Positions 19,781-28,634 of a stretch of DNA of 64,000 bases are shown here, piece after piece. A program made the translations under genes and the position numbers. The notes under the pieces were generated by a model. It made no database searches. It saw only the letters and a list, made by a program, of their open reading frames with translations, and was not told the origin of the DNA. The DNA lies in assembly GCA_050951805.1 (NCBI GenBank), contig JBMNJT010000004.1, positions 128,001 through 192,000 of the forward strand, written 5' to 3'. Each line of letters starts with the position of its first letter. Position 1 is the first letter of the stretch. The stretch is from Bacillota bacterium (GTDB taxonomy: Bacteria > Bacillota > DTU025).

Positions 19781-21359
19781 TGTCAACCGACTGTGAAAAT
19801 GTCACCCCTTTTGGGGGTTAATCCGTCTGAGAAAATGTCACCCCCTGTGGTTGTGTTCCGCTGGCGAGCCCGCGCATTATGCGCAGGCTCGCGGCCGAGT
19901 CAAGGATCGGCCTGCGGCCTGCTTTGCTCCTTGACTCGGCCTCTGCGCCTGCTCGAGATTAGGGTGCCGCCAGCGGGGAACTGTTGTTTTGTCTGTCTTG
20001 GCTCTGGGCTGCTTTGCGTGCTTGTTGAATGCGTTGTTGGCGCTGGTAGCTTGCACGTTTCCAGGGATGATCGTCCGGGGGCTTCCATGGCATCCTCGGG
20101 GGCTTGGACTCTTTAGCTGCAGTTGAGGCGGAGTCTTCGACCGCCGGTGTGGAGTTGAACTCGGCCAAGCTGTAGCATTTGCCCTTGTAGAGTGCGCTGA
20201 TTGACCCGTCCATGTGCGTAAGCACGGAAACGGGATCCTTCCTGGCCAATCCGACAACATGGCCGTACGCGTCCAGAAGACGGAACTTGGTGCCATGGTA
20301 GGATATGAGTGATCCTCCCAGCGCTTGACGAGATTCCCTGATAGAAAGAATGACGTCCAGATTCATCTCTGGGGTCAGAGCACGAAAAGCGGGTGTCTCA
20401 TCAGCTGCAGGAACGGCAAAGCGGGCGTTGTACCTGGGGATATATCTGAGGAGGAACTCATTTGCCTGTTCGATTGTGTTGATTCCGGCGAGGCGCATTT
20501 CAATAGGCAGTCTTCCCTGAAGCGTCTCCCATGCGCGCTCAATGCGGCCCTTTGCTTGAGGCGAATGCGCTGGTATGTGAGTGATCTGTAGTTCGTCGAG
20601 AATGCGGCCTATCTGGGTAAGGTTGACCCGTTTGCCCTGGAGTTGTTCTTCGATGGTGAGCTTGTCCATCTTGGGCGAGAAAAACATGGTATGGCGGTCA
20701 GAATACAAGCACAGCGGTATGCCGTTGTTCTCAAGCACCTGACGGAACACATGGAGGTATCCTATGATGTCTTCCTGAGGCCTGAAATACAGGCCCAGGA
20801 TGGCTCCGGTGGCGTCGTCGATGATCCCATGAAGCGACATAGCTGGGCCTCTTCCTTCGAGCCAGTCGTAGGGACTGGCGTCGCATTGGAGCAAGATGCC
20901 CGATTGGGGTTTTCGCTCTCGCATGCGTCTGTGGCGCGGGGCTCTTTTGGTGGAGCACACTATCCCGGCTTTTTTCAGCAATCGTTGTACAGTGCGTGGA
21001 CTCACCGAGATCTGATAGCCCTCTGCCATGAGCTCGGACATATGGGTGCAATTTGCGTCTTTCAGGTCGGTCTGAGCTAGCTCTATGATGCGTGATGGGT
21101 CTAAAGGCTTGCGTCCGGCATTGCCATGCCCCAGGGCCTGGACCCCGTTACTCTGCATCTCCTTTTTGATCCGTTTGATCTGGCGGACACTTAATCCAAG
21201 CATCTTGGCAGCCTGCGCGTTTGTGATTTGCCCGGCGGCAAGCTGATCCATTACGAAGACCCTCTTCCGTACTTTTTCCGTCAAGATGACGTCCCCCTTG
21301 TTCATGGGTGACATTATCTCAGACGCGTTATGGGGTGACAATATCACAGACGCGTAACA
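19781..21359 (-). mobile_element. IS1202-family (ISNCY) element, copy 2 (intact)
   Basis: Same termini as copy 1; direct repeats at 19765-19780 and 21360-21375. Confidence 0.9.
19959..21284 (-). CDS. ISNCY/IS1202-family DDE transposase
   Basis: HTH (AAKMLGLSVRQIKR), LQCDASPYDW, IIDDATG, LYSDRH and SPQAKGRIER; TTG start after AAGGGGGA (alternative ATG at 21305). Confidence 0.9.
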   Translation of the reverse strand: MTEKVRKRVFVMDQLAAGQITNAQAAKMLGLSVRQIKRIKKEMQSNGVQALGHGNAGRKPLDPSRIIELAQTDLKDANCTHMSELMAEGYQISVSPRTVQRLLKKAGIVCSTKRAPRHRRMRERKPQSGILLQCDASPYDWLEGRGPAMSLHGIIDDATGAILGLYFRPQEDIIGYLHVFRQVLENNGIPLCLYSDRHTMFFSPKMDKLTIEEQLQGKRVNLTQIGRILDELQITHIPAHSPQAKGRIERAWETLQGRLPIEMRLAGINTIEQANEFLLRYIPRYNARFAVPAADETPAFRALTPEMNLDVILSIRESRQALGGSLISYHGTKFRLLDAYGHVVGLARKDPVSVLTHMDGSISALYKGKCYSLAEFNSTPAVEDSASTAAKESKPPRMPWKPPDDHPWKRASYQRQQRIQQARKAAQSQDRQNNSSPLAAP

Positions 21360-21375
21360 GATTGAAAACCCAACC

Positions 21376-21404
21376 TTGACATCCGCTACACGGGGGTATA
21401 TACT
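21376..21404 (+). promoter_or_regulatory. SigA-type promoter of the met operon
   Basis: TTGACA-N17-TATACT directly upstream of the T-box leader. Confidence 0.8.
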
Positions 21405-21429
21405 GTCTCCAAGTTTAAAATCGCAGCTA

Positions 21430-21752
21430 AACGCAATGACGGGGATGAGTACTCGCACAGTACCGGGCACAGAGAGCCGGCCTCGAGCTGAAAGCCGGAA
21501 CCGCGGAAATGCGACGAACATGGCCCCTGAGCGGCCGTCCGAACTTCCTCCGCTTTGCTCCTTGATGGGCAGGGAGGGAAAGTAGGCGCGGACGTGTGCG
21601 CACGTTAAAGCGCCGGGGTCTAGCGAATCGGATGGATTCGCCGCACCTGCCGAGGCGCGGTATCGTGAGAACCGCGTGAACCTGGGTGGTACCACGAAGG
21701 ATTAGTCCTCTCGTCCCAGGCATTTTGCCTGGGGGAGAGGGCTTTTTGCATT
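21430..21752 (+). ncRNA. Methionine-specific T-box riboswitch
   Basis: AGTA, AGAGAGC and GCTGAAAG stem I motifs; ATG specifier at 21520-21522; T-box AACCTGGGTGGTACCACG at 21679-21696; terminator CCTCTCGTCCCAGGC...GCCTGGGGGAGAGG followed by a T run. Confidence 0.92.
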
Positions 21753-21828
21753 TGCCCTTCTTGGCTTGGGCGGCTAAAGACTTTTCAGCAGAGATAAGTA
21801 GAGAAAGCTCGCGCAGGAGGGAGTTTTT

Positions 21829-22764
21829 ATGGCAAGATTATTGAACAGGTTGAGGCAGGGCAGCTTTGCGGTTACGGTGGAGGTTAACCCCCCGAAAGGT
21901 GCGGATGTTTCCAAGACGCTTGCGCTGGTTCGCCGGTTTTCTGACCGGGTGGACGCCGTGAATGTGGCGGACTGCCCTATGGCAAATGTGAGGATGAGCC
22001 CTATTACCTTAGCCCACCTTATCCAGCGCGATGTAGGGGTAGAGGCCATTTTCCACCTTACGTGCCGTGATCGCAACACCATAGGGCTTCAGGCGGAGCT
22101 TTTGGGTGCCTCCGGGCTCGGAGTCAGGAACATACTGGCCCTCAGGGGCGATCCGCCGTCGAGGGGGGATCATCCGGAGGCCCATGGAGTGTTCGAGGTA
22201 GATGCTGTTGGGCTAATCAGCTTGGCCGCCGCGCTCAACTCGGGACACACGGTAGGCGGCGGCGAGCTGGGTGAAGGGACCGATTTCGCCATCGGTTGCG
22301 TAGCAAATCCCAACGCCGAAGATCTTGAGGCCGAGATATCGAGGCTGGAGGAGAAGATCGCAGCTGGAGCGCACTTCGTCCAGACCCAGCCCATTTTCGA
22401 CGTCCGCGCCTATGAAAGGTGGGCTAATGCCATAGACGGGCGGGTGAGCATCCCTATCCTCTACGGGATACTCCCTATCAAAGATGCTGCCTTTGCTGTG
22501 CACCTAAAGGAGAATGTTCCTGGCATGGCGGTGCCCGACTGGGTTATCGACCGGATGCGCTCCGGGGGAGACGGTGAAGGGTACAGGCTGGCTGCGGAGT
22601 TGCTATCGGAGATAGGGAAGGATATCGCCGGGATACACATCTTCCCCATGAACAGTTCCAAGCGGGTTGTAGGCGTGCTGGACGCCTTGGCCGAGGAGGG
22701 GTTTGCGGTGCCCCCGGTACAAACGGCATGCGACGGCCTGCGGAAGGTGGCTCCGAACGGATGA
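21829..22764 (+). CDS. metF: Methylenetetrahydrofolate reductase (YitJ C-domain-like)
   Basis: VEVNPPKG, HLTCRDRN, LALRGDPP and KIAAGAHFVQTQPIFD. Confidence 0.88.
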   Translation: MARLLNRLRQGSFAVTVEVNPPKGADVSKTLALVRRFSDRVDAVNVADCPMANVRMSPITLAHLIQRDVGVEAIFHLTCRDRNTIGLQAELLGASGLGVRNILALRGDPPSRGDHPEAHGVFEVDAVGLISLAAALNSGHTVGGGELGEGTDFAIGCVANPNAEDLEAEISRLEEKIAAGAHFVQTQPIFDVRAYERWANAIDGRVSIPILYGILPIKDAAFAVHLKENVPGMAVPDWVIDRMRSGGDGEGYRLAAELLSEIGKDIAGIHIFPMNSSKRVVGVLDALAEEGFAVPPVQTACDGLRKVAPNG

Positions 22765-25226
22765 GTGTGCGTGTGGAGGATCTGATCCGTGGGGACGAGG
22801 TGTTCGTGTTTGACGGGGCATTTGGGACGATGCTTCAGGCGCGCGGTCTGCCTCCCGGAGCCTGTCCTGAAGTGTGGTGCCTAAAGTGCCCGGAAGAAGT
22901 GGAGCGGGTTCACCGCCAGTATATTGATGCCGGCGCGCAGGTGATCGAGACTTGCACTTTCGGGGGCACAGCTTTGCGGCTCGGACATTTCGGGCTAGCT
23001 CATGCGGCGCGGGAGATCAACCTGGCTGCCGTCGAGATTGCCCGGAGGGCTGCTGCCGACCGCGGAACGCTTGTGGCGGCTTCCATGGGCCCCCTGGGGG
23101 CATTGGTGGAGCCTTTGGGCGAAGTCAGTTTCGATGAAGCCTATCTGCAATTTGCGGAGCAGGCGGAGGCGTTTGCCCTGGCGCGACCGGACCTTATCAT
23201 CATCGAGACCATTGCCGATCTCAACGAGATGCGCGCAGCGCTCCTCGCGTGCCGCGATCGTGCGCCAGACATCCCGGTAATCGCCCAGATGACATTCGAT
23301 TCCACAGGCCGAACCTTCACCGGCACTCCGCCGGAGTCGGCCGCGCTCGTCATGGAGTCGATGGGGGCGTCTGTCGTGGGCGTCAACTGCTCTGTCGGCC
23401 CGGACCTGCTCGCAGATGTTGTAGCTCGGATGGGGGCTGTTACATCAAAGCCAATATCGGTCCAGCCCAATGCTGGACTGCCGCATGTGGGCCCATCGGG
23501 GCGGGGCGAGTATCCAATGGGGCCTGAGGAATTCGCGTCCTACGGCCCTAAGCTGGTGTCGGCGGGAGCCTCTATCGTAGGGGGCTGCTGCGGAACTACC
23601 CCGGAGCACATCGCAAGGCTTCGCAGTGCGCTGGAGGGGCTCCGGCCGATCGTGCGAAGGCGCGAGCCTGAGCTTGGTATAACTTCCCGGACTCAGCCTC
23701 TGTTTTTCGCCGATGCGGAGCTGCCCGCGATTGTGGGCGAGAGGATTAACCCAACTGGCAGGCGCAAACTTGCCCAAGACATTGTCGACGGCAGCTTCGA
23801 GCTAGTTCGGAAGGAAGCGGTTGCTCAGGCTAAGGCGGGAGCGCAAGCTCTCGATGTGAATGTGGGCACGCCTCTTGCGAACGAGCCGTGGGCGATGTAT
23901 GAAGCAGTGAAGGCGATTGAGGCGACCACTCGTCTGCCGCTCTGCCTCGACTCTTCATCTGCCGAGGCTCTCGAAGCAGGGCTTCGGGCTTATGCAGGCC
24001 GAGCCTTGGTCAACTCCTTCTCGCTGGAGCGTGGCAGGGAAGAGGACGTGCTGAGGCTTGCAGCCAGATACGGCGCGGCGGTGATAGGCTTGCCTATCGA
24101 CGAGAACGGGATTCCGGCGACGGCAGAGGACCGGCTGAGACTGGCTGAGCGGCTCGTCTCGAGCGCACAATCTCATGGAATCCCCCAAAATGCGGTGATC
24201 ATCGACGCTTTGGCGATGCCTTGCGGGGCAAAGCAGGAACAGGCTGTGGAGACTCTCAAGGCCATAGAGATGATCCGCAAAGAGCTGGGCTGCAAGACTT
24301 CTCTGGGGATTTCCAATGTATCGTTCGGGCTTCCGAGCAAGCCCGTGTTGAACACTGCATTCTTGATGCTGGCCATCGCTGCCGGGTTAGACATGGCTAT
24401 AGCTAACCCCCTTGATGAGGCGATGATGGCTCAGGTGCGGGCGGCAAGGGTCCTTCTCGGGCGGGATGTTAATGCGGAAAGATACATCTTGTGGGCGGGC
24501 GCGGCGTCGCCTGCACCTCATGGCGTTGCTGCCGATCCAGGCGGGAAGAAGAAGTTGACCTTGATCTATGATGCGGTCCTCGGGGGCGACAAGGACCTCG
24601 CCGTAAGGTTTGTGGAGGAGGCGGTTTCGGAGGGAGAGGATCCGTCTTCTATCCTAAACGACGCGCTCATCCCGGCTATAGAAGAGACCGGACGGCGCTT
24701 CGCCTCAGGCGCTTACTTCCTCCCTGAACTGATGCTGTCGGCAGGGGCCATGCAGGCTGCAACTGAAGTTATCAGGTCCAGGGTAGGCAGCGCAGAGGAT
24801 GCGCCGGCATCCCGAGGAACTGTGGTGATTGCCACAGTCGAAGGGGATATCCACGACATAGGCAAGAACATCGTCTCCATGTTCCTCGAAAGCAACGGCT
24901 ACAACGTAGTAGACCTGGGAAAGAACGTTAAGGCCAGGGATGTTCTGGCAGGGGCCAAGAAGGCAGGGGCCGACGTGGTCTGCCTGAGCGCGCTGATGAC
25001 AACGACGGCTCCGAAGATGCGCGAGTCGATAGAGCTTTTTTCAAGCGAGGGGTACGATTGCCCAATCATCATTGGAGGCGCAGCTACATCACGGGAGTAC
25101 GCCATACGCATAGGAGCGGACGGATACGGCAGTGATGCCGTGGAAGCGGTCTTCGAGGTAGAAAGGCTTTTGGCAAGAAAGCGTGCTTTTGGGCGGCAAA
25201 GCGATCAAGTGGGAGGGAAAGAGTAG
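22761..25226 (+). CDS. metH: B12-dependent methionine synthase (Hcy, pterin, cap and B12 domains; no AdoMet activation domain)
   Basis: DGAFGTML, GVNC, GGCCGTTPEHI, GERINPTG and DIHDIGKNIV; the protein ends after the B12 domain. Confidence 0.92.
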   Translation: MSVRVEDLIRGDEVFVFDGAFGTMLQARGLPPGACPEVWCLKCPEEVERVHRQYIDAGAQVIETCTFGGTALRLGHFGLAHAAREINLAAVEIARRAAADRGTLVAASMGPLGALVEPLGEVSFDEAYLQFAEQAEAFALARPDLIIIETIADLNEMRAALLACRDRAPDIPVIAQMTFDSTGRTFTGTPPESAALVMESMGASVVGVNCSVGPDLLADVVARMGAVTSKPISVQPNAGLPHVGPSGRGEYPMGPEEFASYGPKLVSAGASIVGGCCGTTPEHIARLRSALEGLRPIVRRREPELGITSRTQPLFFADAELPAIVGERINPTGRRKLAQDIVDGSFELVRKEAVAQAKAGAQALDVNVGTPLANEPWAMYEAVKAIEATTRLPLCLDSSSAEALEAGLRAYAGRALVNSFSLERGREEDVLRLAARYGAAVIGLPIDENGIPATAEDRLRLAERLVSSAQSHGIPQNAVIIDALAMPCGAKQEQAVETLKAIEMIRKELGCKTSLGISNVSFGLPSKPVLNTAFLMLAIAAGLDMAIANPLDEAMMAQVRAARVLLGRDVNAERYILWAGAASPAPHGVAADPGGKKKLTLIYDAVLGGDKDLAVRFVEEAVSEGEDPSSILNDALIPAIEETGRRFASGAYFLPELMLSAGAMQAATEVIRSRVGSAEDAPASRGTVVIATVEGDIHDIGKNIVSMFLESNGYNVVDLGKNVKARDVLAGAKKAGADVVCLSALMTTTAPKMRESIELFSSEGYDCPIIIGGAATSREYAIRIGADGYGSDAVEAVFEVERLLARKRAFGRQSDQVGGKE

Positions 25227-26390
25227 ATGGGCTACAGGAGCTTTGAAGAGATAAACGAGAAGATACGCAGCAAAAAGGCGGTTGTTGTGACTGCTGAGGA
25301 GATAATAGAGATTGTGGACGAGAAGGGGGTAGAGGGGGCCTTTCGCGACGTGGATGTCGTGACTTGCGGCACTTTCAGCCCGATGTGTTCCTCAGGGGCT
25401 TTTCTCAACTTCGGCCACTCTGATCCTCCCATAAGGATGAGCCGCGTGTGGCTAAATGACGTGCCGGCATGCGCTGGGCTTGCTGCTGTAGACGCCTATA
25501 TCGGTGCAACGGAGCTCTCGGAGACCGCGGGGATGGAATACGGGGGAGCGCACGTCATCGAAGACCTCATAGCAGGCAGAAAGGTGAGGCTTAAGGCCAC
25601 TTCCTACGGGACAGACTGTTATCCTCGGCGCGCGCTCGAGGCATGGATTACCAAGGATTCAATCAATGAGGCCTACATGTTCAACCCCCGCAACTGCTAC
25701 CAGAATTACGGGGCGGCGACCAATTCCTCGGACCGCACTATTTATACGTACATGGGAACACTCCTGCCCCACTTTGGGAATGTGAACTACTGCACTGCAG
25801 GCGAGCTCAGCCCTTTGATAAACGACCCGTTCTACCGCACGATCGGGTTGGGTTCACGGATATTCCTCGGAGGCGCCCAAGGGTACGTTGCGTGGCAGGG
25901 AACCCAGAACAACCCGTCGCAGCCTCGGGCGGAAAACGGGGTTCCTATCGGCGGAGCGGCATGCCTCGCTCTTATAGGCGACCTAAAACAGATGGATCCG
26001 AGATACATAAGGGCCGCCAGGTTCGAAAAGTATGGGGTGACCATGTTTGTCGGAGTGGGCACTGCCATTCCTCTGCTGGACGAGGAGATGGTCAGATTCG
26101 TCGCGGTGCAAAACCGCGACATAAAGACGAAGGTCTTTGATTACAGCGTCGGTCGTCGATCCAAACCTGCATTGGCCGAAGTCTCCTACGAGGAACTGCG
26201 GAGCGGGAGTGTTCAGATTGGGTCGCGCACGATCCCTACCGCGCCTCTTTCCAGCCTGAAGGTGGCGCGGGAGATAGCCCAGACGTTGAAAGGCTGGATT
26301 GCCCGAGGAGAGTTCCTGTTGCAGCAGCCTGTGGCGGCTCTTCCGCTCGAAGGCTCGCCGACTACACTAGATAACTGTGAGGGGGAGTAA
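25227..26390 (+). CDS. Aspartate semialdehyde sulfurtransferase / homocysteine biosynthesis protein (DUF39, MA1821/MJ0100-like, no CBS tail)
   Basis: EINEKI...AVVVTAEE, VDVVTCGTFSPMCSSG, NPRNCYQNY and DP.YRTIGLGSRIFLGG. Confidence 0.85.
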   Translation: MGYRSFEEINEKIRSKKAVVVTAEEIIEIVDEKGVEGAFRDVDVVTCGTFSPMCSSGAFLNFGHSDPPIRMSRVWLNDVPACAGLAAVDAYIGATELSETAGMEYGGAHVIEDLIAGRKVRLKATSYGTDCYPRRALEAWITKDSINEAYMFNPRNCYQNYGAATNSSDRTIYTYMGTLLPHFGNVNYCTAGELSPLINDPFYRTIGLGSRIFLGGAQGYVAWQGTQNNPSQPRAENGVPIGGAACLALIGDLKQMDPRYIRAARFEKYGVTMFVGVGTAIPLLDEEMVRFVAVQNRDIKTKVFDYSVGRRSKPALAEVSYEELRSGSVQIGSRTIPTAPLSSLKVAREIAQTLKGWIARGEFLLQQPVAALPLEGSPTTLDNCEGE

Positions 26391-26392
26391 GG

Positions 26393-26851
26393 ATGACCGT
26401 GGAGAGGACTGTTGGGGCCGATGGCATAACTGATGCGACGACGGCAAAGAGAGTTAAGGCGTTGCTGACCTACCCTCCGGGCGCGGCAGGCAAGCCCATA
26501 ACTTACTCCCTGATCCGCGAGTTCGATCTGTGGATCAATATTCTCCACGCCGAAATCGCCGCGGACAAAGCCGGCAAGCTCATCATGGACATACAGGGAA
26601 GCGTTGAAGATGTGGATCGGGGCTTGGAGTTCCTCGACGAAGAGGGCATTGGGTACGAGATCCTAAATGGCAGCATCGTTTGGGATGAGGACAAGTGCGT
26701 GCATTGTGGAGCATGCACGGCTGTATGCCCTTCGCACGCGCTCACTATGGATAACTGTGATTGGAGCCTTGTATTTGACAAAGAGAAATGCTATCTTTGC
26801 CGGTTGTGCGCCCGCACATGTCCCGTGGGGGCAATGAGCTCGCCCATATAG
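26393..26851 (+). CDS. NIL domain + 2x[4Fe-4S] ferredoxin (MA1822/MJ0099-like)
   Basis: KPITYSLIREFDLWINILHA (NIL); CVHCGACTAVCP and CYLCRLCARTCP. Confidence 0.87.
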   Translation: MTVERTVGADGITDATTAKRVKALLTYPPGAAGKPITYSLIREFDLWINILHAEIAADKAGKLIMDIQGSVEDVDRGLEFLDEEGIGYEILNGSIVWDEDKCVHCGACTAVCPSHALTMDNCDWSLVFDKEKCYLCRLCARTCPVGAMSSPI

Positions 26852-26861
26852 AGGGGGCGGG

Positions 26862-27728
26862 ATGGGCAAAGATAGGTTGGGGGAAAGTTGCGTGAGAGAA
26901 GCCTACGAACCGAGGAAATACAGGGAGCTTTTCAGCGCTCAAGATGTAATCTATTTCAGATGCGCCGTGGGGCAGACTGATCTTCAAGTCGGCGTTGGCT
27001 TCTCTTGCCCTGATTTTCGCGGGAAACTTCCCGAAGAGAGCTTTCTTCGGGATCATGTCTCGGGCGTTGTTCTTCGCGCCCGCAGAGATATCGAAAACTA
27101 CATCGCCACTCACCCCGAGTTTCTCACTAGCCTCATCCCGGTGATTCCGCGGCCATGGGCGCCGCCTATTGTCAGATGGATGTGCGCCTGTGCTGCGCAG
27201 GCAGGGGTGGGGCCCATGGCCGCCGTGGCCGGCGCCATAAGCGAGACGGTTGGGATCAGCCTCCTGTCGGAGGATAGCCTTTCTAAGCTGTGGCAGCGCG
27301 AGCCTGACATTGGGAATCCTGATGGGCATCGAGCGAGGATAAGTGAAGTGATAGTGGAGAATGGGGGAGACGTGTTCATCGCCTCCAGCCGTTTGCGCAG
27401 GGTTGGAATCTACGCGGGCACGTCCCCTTTGAGTGGCAAGATTGCCCTGGAGATTGCTCCGGGCCAGACCCCTTGCGGCATCTGTACGTCTTCTGGAACG
27501 GTCGGGCATTCGCGCAGTTTCGGTAGATGCGACGGAGCCGTGATCGTTGCGAAAGACACAGCCCTCGCCGATGCCGTTGCCACTAGGGTCGCAAATGTCG
27601 TGAAATCGAGGGAGGACATTGAAGAGGCGTTGGACACGGCTTCGAAGATTCCCGGCATAGTCGGGGCTGTTATCGTCATCGGCGATGCCTTGGGGGCATG
27701 GGGCGATATCAAGCTGGCGCCGGCGTGA
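26862..27728 (+). CDS. UPF0280/ApbE-like sulfur-trafficking protein (COG2122, MA1715-like)
   Basis: GVGPMAAVAGAI, IVENGGD, GICTSSGTVGHS and LADAVAT. Confidence 0.87.
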   Translation: MGKDRLGESCVREAYEPRKYRELFSAQDVIYFRCAVGQTDLQVGVGFSCPDFRGKLPEESFLRDHVSGVVLRARRDIENYIATHPEFLTSLIPVIPRPWAPPIVRWMCACAAQAGVGPMAAVAGAISETVGISLLSEDSLSKLWQREPDIGNPDGHRARISEVIVENGGDVFIASSRLRRVGIYAGTSPLSGKIALEIAPGQTPCGICTSSGTVGHSRSFGRCDGAVIVAKDTALADAVATRVANVVKSREDIEEALDTASKIPGIVGAVIVIGDALGAWGDIKLAPA

Positions 27729-27828
27729 AGAAACATAGCAAATCGCAACATGGCTGACATTGAGCCCGGTTCCATTTTATCTGGGGCAACATAGAATAAG
27801 CCAGACCTACCTCAGGAGGTGACCGGAC

Positions 27829-27939
27829 GTGGCCGACGTGACTGCCAGCCAGTGCTTCTGCCCTTGGTGGTTCTGGCTTTGGGTTGCGATCATCGCATTC
27901 ATCGTGTGCTGCATCTGCCGTTTCGTGCTTTGCTGGTAA
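27829..27939 (+). CDS. 36-aa Cys/Trp-rich membrane microprotein, copy 1 (MADVTASQCFCPWWFWLWVAIIAFIVCCICRFVLCW)
   Basis: Strong AGGAGGTG RBS before GTG; a paralog 197 bp downstream preserves the frame. Confidence 0.75.
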   Translation: MADVTASQCFCPWWFWLWVAIIAFIVCCICRFVLCW

Positions 27940-28025
27940 GGCACGATTTTCCTCCGCGCAAGTAAGATCAAGTTCGCTTCAGGCGTCATAGTATGGACCA
28001 GACATGCATCAGGAGGTGACCGGAT

Positions 28026-28136
28026 GTGGCCGAAGTGACTGCCAGCCAGTGCTGTTTTCCTTGGTGGATTTGGTTTTGGGTAGTGGTAATCGCATTCATC
28101 GTGTGCTGCATTTGCCATTTTATGCTTTGCTGGTAA
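28026..28136 (+). CDS. 36-aa Cys/Trp-rich membrane microprotein, copy 2 (MAEVTASQCCFPWWIWFWVVVIAFIVCCICHFMLCW)
   Basis: Same RBS, start and stop positions as copy 1; 27/36 identical residues. Confidence 0.75.
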   Translation: MAEVTASQCCFPWWIWFWVVVIAFIVCCICHFMLCW

Positions 28137-28204
28137 GAACCAGCTCGTCCCCACGCTGGCAAAACAGCTCATCGCCTATATCGAGCTTGGACAACGGCCC
28201 ACGC

Positions 28205-28234
28205 GCCATCCGCCCGCCACGGTGGGCGGATGGC
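28205..28234 (+). terminator. GC-rich hairpin after the microprotein pair
   Basis: GCCATCCGCCC-N8-GGGCGGATGGC; the U tract is weak. Confidence 0.5.
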
Positions 28235-28634
28235 GTTGGTGATGCGTCCCGCCGCACCTGTTAAAAGAAAGGACGGACCCGTTGCAAGGACTGATATCCT
28301 TGACCACACAAAAGATGACAGGAAAGGTTGGAGATGAGCTTTTATCAGAAGGCGCGCGGCAGGGTCTTCCGCGAAATGGTCGTCACATATTGGCGCCGTG
28401 ACCGCGTTGATGTTGATAGCGATAATCGCGTGCTGGATTCTGAAGCCCGAGCGGAAACCCGGACGTGTCTATAGAGCCGATTGTGGGTGCCGCTTTGGCT
28501 CCTGATCGATGATGATCAGCATTTCCGCCTCGCACAAGAACAGAGCAGCAGGACTGCGGCATCGGTGGTCTCTTTCCCTGCGCGATTTAGAGCAGGGAAG
28601 GGCGTCGTGCCGCAGTCAGCTTTGTCTCCACTCA

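Larger units (their letters stand above)
18238..21375 (+). repeat. 16-bp target-site repeat GATTGAAAACCCAACC, three copies
   Basis: Exact copies at 18238-18253, 19765-19780 and 21360-21375. Confidence 0.92.

Noticed and set aside
21306-21695. N-terminal extension of the 578-aa transposase ORF
   Set aside because: It runs beyond the IS end and is antisense to the promoter and T-box; the true start lies inside the element.
27807-28172. 121-aa minus-strand ORF with an internal repeat
   Set aside because: It is the antisense shadow of the two plus-strand microproteins, which carry the RBSs.
28334-28505. Possible third small ORF (46 aa from ATG, or an overlapping frame with a TM-like IGAVTALMLIAIIACWIL segment)
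   Set aside because: The frame with a start codon looks featureless, and the hydrophobic frame lacks a canonical start; not enough support.
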